A stretch of DNA of 62,648 nt, counting the filler, from Sphacelaria rigidula (lineage: Eukaryota): NCBI GenBank assembly GCA_964200075.2. It is 4 parts of 4 records of this genome, joined end to end, with 100 filler letters (N's around TTAATTAATTAA, not from the genome) between each part and the next. Parts side by side here need not be neighbours in the genome. Positions count along the whole stretch, not along the records: positions 31,376 to 46,962 come from CAXNAA020001684.1; positions 47,063 to 62,648 come from CAXNAA020001685.1; 2 more parts are not named here. The stretch is one strand, 5' to 3'. The position numbers and the translations under genes were made by a program. Under the pieces are notes generated by a model. The model ran no database searches and was not told where the DNA came from. It saw only the letters and a program-made list of their open reading frames with translations. Positions 39,901-50,000 of this stretch are shown here, in pieces. Each line of letters starts with the position of its first letter. Positions within the stretch are counted from its first letter, which is position 1.

Positions 39901-42900
39901 AGTGTGGGAGCTCGATCACGCAGCCCGAGACAACACCTGTCTACAGCAGCGCATGTCATGATTGTCATGTGACAATATTCATACAGCGACAACACATGCA
40001 CGGAACTCTTCGGTGCACGAGCGATTCCCGACGCATACGACGTTGGCATCTTAAGGTCGTCGACCGTGCTTGCCGCTTACCTAGAAAACACCTGGTCGAC
40101 TTTTATGTGGGTGTGTCCCACCGTCATGAAGTTCACCTCGATCACGTCCACGATCTCCTCCGCCACTAACATCCCCGCGTACCCGAGGAAGAAGCTGTTC
40201 TTGTTCTCCGAGGCGGCGTTGTCCACCTGAGTGGTTGCCGGTAAGAGGCGTTGGGGGGCGGTAATGGAGATAATTGAAATCCTCCTTTTGTCTGTGGGCA
40301 TCGAATACCACCAAGTAACAATCTGAGGATCGTAACTGGTGGCTCTCGGTTTGCACGTTACAACAATGCATGCACTCCAGGCCCTCGACGACGTGTTCAA
40401 CATATATCATGACGATGCGTTCCGTGACGGAGCTCACCTGCCAGTGCGTATGCTTGATGATGCACCCCCCGTCGCCGTCCGGCTTGTGATGAGTGTCGAT
40501 CACCCTGGTGAGGGCGAGATGGACAGCCTTGCACGCGAGATTGCAGCCTGCATGACAAAGATTGCGGATGCAGGGCGAGGTATTCGATTGTGGTGGATTT
40601 CGGAATACGAGTATTGCCGTACAGGACAAGGGAGTGAAGTGTGGCGGTCAGCACGACACGGCCGGACGCTTGCTCCATCGGCGGTGGCAGTATGTAGTAC
40701 GTTGTACTGCCCAATCGTTAGTTTCTGACTAGGAGAATCACGCACCTGCCCCGAGATTCTGAGGCGTGAAGAATACTTCGACGCACTGGCCTTCGACTAG
40801 CGCACACTGGATTTTCTGGCGCTCTGCGTAGCCCCTGGTAGCATGCTTAATCATCGCGACGTGGGACAACATGAACAGAGGGTTATCTGACGTCGTTTGG
40901 TAGTAGTGTTGATACAGTGGACGGCATCTAGAACGGGTTGTCACCGAAGATGCGTCTAAAACTCTGTAACTGCGGCTTGGCATTGAACGGTAATCACCTC
41001 TGGCCGCCATGTGTAGGGAGTATACTTTCGGAAGGATATGCGTCGTCTGGTTTGCCGCGTCTACCGACAGCGAGATGTAGTCCAACTCTTTCCCATCGGC
41101 TTTGGCTCGCAGCGCGGCTTGAGTGGTGTCTGCGATGACCTGCCGATCAGCTTGGATCATCTGTTCAACACAGCGTGCGCAAGCAGCGTGGAGTGCACGT
41201 TTGTAGGAATGCGTTCGATTGCTGCGCAGGACAACCACCGCATAATGGAGGCGCGTGTTGTTGAATACACGGGGTTTTACACATTGGGGATGGAGGTTTA
41301 ATCGGGGATGAGAACGAAATCCAAATTCGTATGGCGTGGAGTAGTTGTCAATAGCTGCCAGCAGGTGAAGAAATGGAACGATGTTTCGAACATTTGTTGC
41401 GGATACGAAGATTTTTATTGTCCGGGTTCTCATCCCCAACAAAAATCCACCCCTGATGTGTCAAATCCCGTGTTTGAAGCATTCCTGACGTAGTCATCAT
41501 GACGTGATGTACTTACTTCAAGTGACCACGGATCTAACTGGTACTTCCGACGATCTACTGCACTTGTTGACAGGGCGACGGTTCATGCTTCCCCCAATTG
41601 TGTAATATATGATCGAAAGAGAAGGGTAATAATAACGTTTGCTTCACCTCCTAGTATGATGTTCACCTTCCGATGCTGTTCGAGGTCGTCGGCGACTTTC
41701 TTCAGGAATATTGAACCGATCGGGGGCTTCACGCCTGGAGTTCCATGCAGGGTCTCCTCCAACTTGATGCACAGATCGCACTTCATGAAATCTCCGCCTA
41801 CCCTAACCTCGATGTGCGGCCTGTGCTTCCTCCAGATTTTGTTGAAGTGCGTTTTTGACGCTCGCGCTTCTGGACGGTCAGGGTGGACTCGGCGAACCTC
41901 TTTGCAATAGTCGTCGTAGAGCTCCTGCCAGGACGCGTTGTTGTTGTCGGGGTGTTGTAGTGGCGGAATTCATGAACGAGCAGCAAAGATCCTGTGGGCA
42001 TAGCGCAGGAGACTCCCGCTTCTATGCTTCGATTGAAAAGCCGAGGCGGCCCCGTCGTCTTGTGACATGCAGTGGCACCCGCCTGGTTACGACAATAATT
42101 CACACGCTTTCCTTAAGATTGAGGACGTATATATATATATATATATATTGACGATGAAGGATGGAAACCTTCATGTGCATCGAAACGTTTTCGAAATTCA
42201 AATACAAATGGACTATCCGGCTATGATGAGGTGGCGTCGCTCATCCTAGAAAAAAAAAATCAACCCTAATCTGTGGAATTCCGTGCTCGTCAGGGATTTT
42301 GACACAGAGGAAAGGTTTCTGATACCGGCGTGACCGGAGGGAGAAATTCTTGTGAAAACAAATCGGATTTCACAAATCGAAGGTGGATTGTTGTTGAGGA
42401 TGACCGAGGCCGAACATCATAGTCAAAATCGTTCACGATCGCGGTGGGCTTCACAACAGCGTCTTGTAGGACGGGTAACACTGCACAACCTCCTGCAGCT
42501 GGAGGCATAGTGTATGCACGCGATACATAAACATGGCAACGTTGACCACCAATAGTACCTCCTTCGTTTCAGCGTAGATGACCACAGCAGTCTTGTGGGG
42601 CATGGCCTCTCCGTACGTCTCACGAAAGTAGTCCAACGATGACAAAATGCTCTCTTTCTTGCCGTCGGGTTTACGTCGGCAGTCCCTGCAGCACATGTAC
42701 GCACATAATACACAGCGCAAGGGGGGGGGCGCAGGTGCGGGATGGCCCTCCTCTACATCAAAAACATGGGCAATCGAAATGTTTGGGTCCTATGTACCAA
42801 AACCAATTTGGGGGATTTTCGGCGATCTGATCGGGTCGTCTGGATTCAATAAGTTTCCTTCACGTGGGACCCAACCTGTCGGTCATCAGGATCCAGGTTT

Positions 42901-43320
42901 GTACGCCTTGTCGTAGCTGTCAACAGCTACCAGTAGTGGAAGGAGTGGATCTAGAACTCGAAGATTTCGTGTGGATACGAATATTTCAATTATCCGGGTT
43001 ATCATCCTGACCCGCAGCAAGACACGACTATATGAGCGAGTTCTTGTGAACCCGCATACGAATATCAAAGCTGCGAACGCCCAATGCGTCGTCTTGTCCT
43101 CCTCCAGAACGTGCGTACTGAGGGAAAACAGCCACAGGGAGGGCGTCAATAAAAACGTGCATAATGCGCGCATAATTCGCGACAATGAGATGCTTTAAGT
43201 GGCGCATCGTTTCCAAAGTTGAGCAAAAAATGAAAAAATGCCGACACGTGATTCCACAAAACAATGGAGGACGCACAAACGAGTACATGGGGCTGGTTTG
43301 CTGTGAAACGGAAAGTCCTT

Positions 43321-43768
43321 AACACGGGATCTTACAAATTGGGGATGGATCTTTTATTCGGGATGAGAAACCCGGAGAACTCACATATTCGTGTCCAAAC
43401 CAAATCTTCGAAATATGGTCCTATTTCTTCACCTCCTACTGATAGCCATTGGCGACTGCTACACGTCATAGAAATTTGGATTTCGTTCACCGTAATGTTA
43501 GGGTCCTAGGTGAAAAACCAATTTTGGGGAATTCCGGGCGTACGAACGGACGCCAAAATGGTTCCGAAATTGTTTTTTCACCTGGGACCCCAACATCTCG
43601 GTGATCGACATCCAAATTTTGTATGGTGTGTAGCAGTTTTTACTAGCTATCAGTAGGTGAAGAAATTTAAACATAACTTGAAGATTTGGTGTGGATACGA
43701 CGATTTTAATTCTCCGGGTTCCTCATCCCCAATAATGGATCCATTCCCAATTGGTAAGATCCTGTGTT
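43321..43768. mobile_element. 448-bp foldback MITE with ~200-bp inverted arms, in intron 1 of the transposase; fragments at ~36811-36857, ~41265-41475 and ~42930-43010
   Basis: aacacgggatcttacaaattggggatggatc...gatccattcccaattggtaagatcctgtgtt; arms pair throughout (ctgatag/ctatcag, ctgctacac/gtgtagcag, aatttggat/atccaaatt). Confidence 0.8.
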
Positions 43769-44141
43769 CCCTCCTGTCCACTCCGACTCTGTGGCAACTC
43801 ATTTAATAAGTCTGGACGGAGCGGCACAAAAGAACCGGACACTGATGTCTGGGGAACTAAGGCGACTTTCTCGTGGTAGCTGATTACCTCAAATGCGTCA
43901 AACATCGTAAGAGCTCAACAGAGGAAATTTGTTTTATCGCCCCGAACATGACAAAGATGCGGGGATCTCAGATGTGGGTTTTCTCGCTTCGCAAGAGTTT
44001 CAGAAAAATCTGAGCTCCACAAGCAACAACGTTTTCGCGAGATTGAGAGTAGAGCGTTGATTGCGAGTGGATTTGGTAGAGCTCGGAAGTAGTTTGTCCA
44101 ACCGTCAACCACTTGAATCGTTACGCGTAGCGCATTCATTT

Positions 44142-44312
44142 CCCAGATAGATGATACACAATTGTTTCGTCAGCGAGCGGTGCAGCCGCTATCGAAATAG
44201 CCCCCGCCGGCAGAGGGGGCCACCCCCCCCCTCCCCGCCCGCAGGGGGCGGCCCTGCGATGACGCCCCCGGAGAGCCCCGCTGGAGGCGCCGTGCCGGAG
44301 GCACGTTCTCTA
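44142..44312 (+). repeat. Short GC-rich element with a Helitron-like layout (5' TC, subterminal hairpin, CTA end)
   Basis: tcccagatag...cgtgccggaggcacg-ttct-ctat; the end is not canonical CTRR; ccagatagatgataca also occurs at ~12028. Confidence 0.3.
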
Positions 44313-45227
44313 TGCCTGTAGCACTGCCGTGTGCTTACAGCCACACGTCGATATCCTACTCAGGGATACCAAGGAACTCAGTGGCAAGCTACTCCAGAAA
44401 GAATATCGGGCGTCGTGGAGGGGCATTTCGGAACTGTAAAGATTCATTCACGACATGGCAGCTTTTCACTACCAATAGCATTCTCCACTCTCAATTTTAC
44501 GAAAATCATGGTTGAAAGTCAACTTGAAACCCGAATTCCGACCTCGGACACAACGCGGCAACAACCTGCGGCTCTGCGTCGTGGCACGTGGTCAAGTGTT
44601 GCCCTGTCTAGAAAGCACACGTCCGGCGGCGGGCACAAACAGCGATGACCGCTCGTTCTGACTCACCACGTTCTGGCATTCGCTATTGCTCCCGGCGTTC
44701 CCTTTGCCGCGTCGATGACATTGTTTGAAATACCGAACGATGCCTTGGAGAAATTAGTGCAAACTGGCGTTCCGCCGGCGAGCATGGAGCCTTTACCTTG
44801 TTCCAGGTTCACGACGGGTACACGGTCCGCAACGAAGATCTTGCGATCTTCACGCTTTACACACTTACTTGCTGATGAGGGCTTGCTCAGCTATCAATGC
44901 ACGACCCAAGTACGAAGTTTCGTCTTTGAACTGTTGTATGCAACGCAGCTTCTGGCAGCAGTTCTCTTGGTCCCTCACTGGAATGGGTGTAGGCCACTTT
45001 TGTCTCCGCTTGGCATCCGCACCGTTGCTCTCGCGCAGAACATCATCCGCAGGCCGGTCTTGTGACGCCGTCGTCGACGGCGGCGGCGACGGGTGCAGCG
45101 GAGCGAGCCAACGTCGGGCTGTGCCAGCGAGAAACATGGTGTGTGTTGGCTGTGAGATTATTGGGGCCTGACACCACTCCGAGCTCCTAAGACTGACTTG
45201 TATGGCAGTCGAAGAACGGATCTGTAC

Positions 45228-45379
45228 GCAGATCAGGGGACCTCAGATCCGGAAACGCATTGTATGGACCCCAATTTGAAACAAATCAGGGAAGCTCAGA
45301 TTCGTTTGTCACGATTTGATAACGGTTTTACACAAATCTGAGCTCAGATCTGTGGAAAATTCAGGTCCCCCGAATCTGT
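45228..45379. mobile_element. Small TIR element; related motifs at ~45940-46015
   Basis: cagatcaggggacct ... aggtcccccgaatctg inverted ends with internal cagat(c/t) repeats. Confidence 0.5.
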
Positions 45380-46480
45380 AGCAACTGACGTGCGTATATT
45401 GACGTAGAGTGATGGGGCAGCAGGCGTTTGGTATTTTTGCAACAACAGCAGCAGACAGTCTCGTGACAGCACAGGCAGTGCCTGCGAGTGCCGGCTGCTG
45501 GAGAAGCTCCGCACGGGGTTTCACAAGCGGAGGAGAAGTGTTGACGCCGTACCCTGCGATGATGGCAAAATTTTATGCTGCACTGTGCTGCTGTATGCAT
45601 CATCATAACGAAGGGTACTGTACTATCCTACACTCTGCTGTCGCGGTCGTTGCAGGGTGATGAATGACACTACACTCGTGAACTCTTGCCGCACACTGTG
45701 CACTGTTCTCGCAATACCGACTGTGCCATCATGTATTACCCCACGGAATTATCCTATACTGTGATTGTGGAGTGTACTGCACTGCATCATACCCTGGGGT
45801 ACCATGGTACGGCGCTGCTTTTGAAGGGTGATTCCCTCCCTGCCTATTCTTCAGCTTCACTGTGATACCACGCCCGCCCAGAAAATGACGACTGTTCGCG
45901 CACAGGACAATTTCAACAAATCTGTGAAGCCATACGGGGGTACAGACGAATCTGAGTTTCACGAATCTCGGTCCCCCCGATTTGGCACAGATTCGGGTCC
46001 CGCTAGATTCGGGATTTTCTTACATACAAGTCGGTCTAAATTCAAAGTGCCGTGGGAATACGTCATTTTGATATCTCCTGGCCGCGCTGACGGTCGGAAA
46101 TGGGAGATACCCGTTGCATGTATCTGCCAATTTTTTGTAATCGTTCACGCAGTTTCTGTGCTGAATTGATTTCTTTTTTATTGCAGGTTGCCCGAAAAAC
46201 TGTTCTGGACATTCCAGTGCCACCCAAAATTGTTCGTGGTTCTGAAATCACGCTTGTAGATAACAAACAATATGAAATTGCATTCTGTTCGATATTCAAA
46301 TTCATTGAAATCCAACGTGCAGTAATCAACCCCCTTGGCAGTTTCAATGGTCCGTGAGGACACCATCAAGTAAACAGCGTGCCCCAATACCTCACTTTAA
46401 ATTCATCTGCCTTTGACAAATCGAGCCACTTCATCCCCGTATACCATACGTGCGGAATATTTGTCTGCTGCTGCTGGACG

Positions 46481-46876
46481 ATGCCTTCCCGTAAGACCGC
46501 CGCTGCCACAGCGTCGGCCTCAGCAGGCGGGCCTGCGAGTGGCAACAACCAGCCGTTGGCGCCGGCTGCCCCCGATGGCATGCCGAAAATTCTTCAAGAA
46601 CACTTTGTTGGGCTGTATCGGATGAAACTTGGCAACATTGCATGCACACAGATGGTTTGTGCTGTGAGCGACGCGGGCGTCCAGACTGTAGTGGACTCCA
46701 TCCGTGCAACCGGGTGTCTCGACCACTTTGCTCCGTCGATCGTCATCCAGCGAGAAGCTGTGCGAGACGGCGAGCCGCTGACGGCCGAAATTATGCGCGA
46801 GACGAAGAGTCGCGTACTCGATGGCAACCACCAACAATGTTTTCGTGAGAAGATTGAGAATCTTCGATACGATTGA
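46481..46876 (+). pseudogene. ParB/sulfiredoxin-like N-terminal domain protein, apparently broken just after the DGNH motif
   Basis: MPSRKT...QMVCAVSDAGVQTVVDSIRATG...APSIVI...SRVLDGNH(Q) follows the ParB/Srx pattern (l..SI...G...P..V...lidG.HR); conserved Arg absent; contig ends at 46962. Confidence 0.6.
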
Positions 46877-46962
46877 GAATAGGGTTGAGGCAAGCTGTCA
46901 GCGGTCGGTTGTGCGTACATTAATGGAGAAGACGCTTATCTCGCATATTGATGCAATATTCT

Positions 46963-47062
46963 NNNNNNNNNNNNNNNNNNNNNNNNNNNNNNNNNNNNNN
47001 NNNNNNTTAATTAATTAANNNNNNNNNNNNNNNNNNNNNNNNNNNNNNNNNNNNNNNNNNNN
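46963..47062. other. Artificial contig spacer
   Basis: N44-TTAATTAATTAA-N44. Confidence 0.97.
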
Positions 47063-50000
47063 AATCCCGGGGAGCTGTTGATTCTCATTTCAAAATACGT
47101 TCTCATTTTTCTGGCAAACCTGTTCTATCTTACAATCACGCCAGATAACACCTGTTCCCAGGACCATGCAAACTCTATCCGATTTATTCTCAGCTACCAC
47201 CACAACCCTGCAGCATAGAGCACGAGTTAAGCACAGGAATAGATGTCCAGAGATCACTGCCTGCCCCGGCTGCTTGTTCAGAATGAATGAAGAAGAAATA
47301 ATTTATTATTGGGAAACAAAAGAGAGTGACCTTCGAGGGGATCAACAACTCCCACCTACAATGCCGAGAACCACACATCGAGCCAATCTCCCGCGGGCCA
47401 TATAAATGTCCCGTGGAACATTCTCACTCTTGTTCTGGATAACATTCTTTTTGACGGAGACTTCCAAAGAAACATGTCTTACACTACTCCGAAAGATATC
47501 TGCGGATGCAGAATTGACTAATATACGAACACCCTCCTTTGGGCATTTGCTACATCAACAAGTAGTTTCCTTTGATCAACTCTCAGAACTCTCGACAAAT
47601 AGATATTGCTTCACTCAATACCCAACAAAAAAGTTCGATGGTGAACGAAAGCTCCGCGAGGTAACGCTTTGGTCAGAATATCAGCGTGTTGCTCGTTACT
47701 CCATACGTGTTCCAACGTTATCCTCTTTTTGTCCACTAACTCCCTCAGAAAATAATGATGACGAATATCTATATGCTTGCTGTTCGACGAGCTTATTGGA
47801 TTTTCAGCTGAAGCAGTCGCACCCTAGTTATCCTCCAACACCCTGATGGTCCTTGCTTTCCTGTCAACTAAAAATAAATCAACAATGCCGTCTATAAACA
47901 AAGCTTCTTTGACACCATCCCCCATAGCCACATACTCTGCTTCCGTGGTCGAAAGCGCAACGCTCTTCTGCGTCCTGGAGTACCATGGTACTCGTGATCT
48001 ACCGCACAAAACTGCACCACCCGATACCGATCTCATCGCCTCGTCATCCTTCCCGTAGTCCGCATCCACATACACTGTTGTTCTTGTGCCTACACCAGGT
48101 CCTACACGATATGTCAGCCCTAGGTCCGCCGTTGAATGCAGGTACTCAAAAATCTTTCGTACTACTGCCTTCCAGTGGGTTCCTTCCGGTCGTGCGAGTG
48201 TCGCGCCACGACCCTTACTGCGTTGGAGATGTCAGGTCTGGTTTGATTGGCAATCCACATCAAACAACCAACCATTTCGCGAAACGGCACATCCTTGACA
48301 CCTTCGTCGTCATTCACGGACCTGAGATTCATAGAAGTAGAGGCGGGAAGAGAGCTGGAGCGGCAAATATCAAAACGTGCAAGTACGCTTCTAATGTAAC
48401 TTGTCTGTGACAATTCGATAACCCTGTTCTCCTTGTCACGCTCGTACTCCACTCCCATGTACCATGTGAGATCGCCCAAATGCTTAGTTGGCAGTGTGTC
48501 ATTTAATGCTTCCACCACTATCTTACCCACACTACTTGCCCCGCCAAAAATGATACGATCTACATGCAAAACGACTGCTCCTACCACCTTACCATCCACT
48601 AGCAATCGCAATATGCATGGATCCAACAGGCAGTGTTCGAAACCAATTTTCACAAGTCTTGACACTAACAGTTTGTAGAATTGTCTGGCGCTCTGTTTAA
48701 GTCCATAAATGGATCTGTTGAGGCGGACAATGTTTCCTGACATTGATCCGCAACCTCGGGGCAGTCTCATATATATCTCATAGTCCAAATCCGACTGAAT
48801 GAACGCCTGCTCGATGTCGAAATGGCTAAGATCCCATCCATACGCGTTTGCCAACGCTACGAGGAGACGAATTGTTGCAGCATTCGCAGTAGGTGAAAAC
48901 ACACCTCCAGGAAATCAATCTCGTACCGTTGACTAAAACATTTTGCTACAAGCCCAGCCTTTTCCTTCAAGATTTCGCTGTTGACATCAGTTTTACACTT
49001 GAAAACCCATTAAGCGTTCACTATGTTACTCCCTTCCGGAACCGATCCTACGAAGGTAAAAGTCCCTGCTGCAAGCAACCCCTCGAACTCTAAATCCATA
49101 GCCCCTCCCGAAGGTCAGCATGTGCAGAGGCGCGGGCTTCGGCAATCGTTGTGGGCTCTGGCTCTTTGGCATGTTCGGCAGGTATCTCGTTCGGCTTCTT
49201 CTTCAATGTCCTCTGCTCAGCAATCAGCGCACCCAAGGTTTGGTCCCCGTTGATGGGCCCCAGCGAAGTTAGCAAACCGATCGCTTGTTGCTGGTTCAGC
49301 GCCCGAGTTTGTGCTCGCGTCCTGCCCTCCCTGCGTTCTTCATCGTCATGTGGACCGACGTTGTACGCCTCGAGCTGTCTCAGCGCGTTGCGTGTTTGCG
49401 CTGGCACATCATCTCCATCAGGAATGGCGTCGCTGCTGTTGCTGGAGGACGATGCAGGTGTTGATGATGTGCTGCTGCGAGATGATGGTGACGTAGACGC
49501 TGATCGGTCGTCGAGAGATGGCGAGGGCGATGTCGATGACGAATCGCCGCCGGATGCTGATGGTGATGGTGATGGAGCATCCAGCGGTACTGGATATTCC
49601 GCCGCCTCTGCTGGTTGTCGACTTTCCTCCACCCCCTGGGTCGGTAGCCGCACGTGGGGAATCCCTCTTCCTGTCAGCGGCCACACTTCTGCCAACTCAT
49701 CGTCGCAGGGTTCTTCCCCCCCCTCCCGATTCCGTTGCCGTCAGTGTTTGCGGGGGCGGGAGAGACTGCGGCGATGCTTCCCACGTGATGTCTCGGGTCT
49801 CGACAACTTGCCCTCCCCGCGTTGGCACACGGTAAGAGTCGCGCGGATGCTCGCGCGAAGGCCCGAGATAGAAGCAACTCTCCGCCTTAGGCAGCCGCTT
49901 AGATGGCCGCTTCCATCGGCAGTAGGCTGGCTTGAGAAAGGGATGTGGACTGGCCGGCATAGCCGTCCCGAACCACATTTCGTTAGGTGATTTGTTATCC

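Larger units (their letters stand above)
39901..45137 (-). pseudogene. Intron-rich Sola-like DDD transposase; exons 45137-44667, 42685-42559, 41924-41667, 41160-41026, 40845-40746, 40547-40438, 40226-40081, and truncated 39936-~39901
   Basis: All junctions GT-AG and phase-compatible; joined protein has CCQKLRC, PVCTNFSKASFGIS, YGEAMPHK, FNKIWRKHRPHI..FMKCDLC, SVDAANQ, QVDNAASENKN, FMTVGHTHIKVDQVFSR; one 4-bp duplication frameshift at 44863-44870. Confidence 0.8.

Noticed and set aside
42886-43288. ORFs 42886-43185 and 43028-43288 as transposase exons
   Set aside because: Exon 1 (ending 44667) joins exon 2 (42685) in phase without them; they overlap MITE-derived sequence
34877-44450. ~97-bp inverted pair (34877-34975 and 44355-44450) as TIRs of the Sola-like element
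   Set aside because: The right copy lies inside intron 1, with exon 1 outside it; similarity is only moderate and has no defined termini, so these are dispersed repeat fragments
49151-49990. 279-aa + strand ORF
   Set aside because: Antisense shadow of the GC-rich Copia integrase-RT linker
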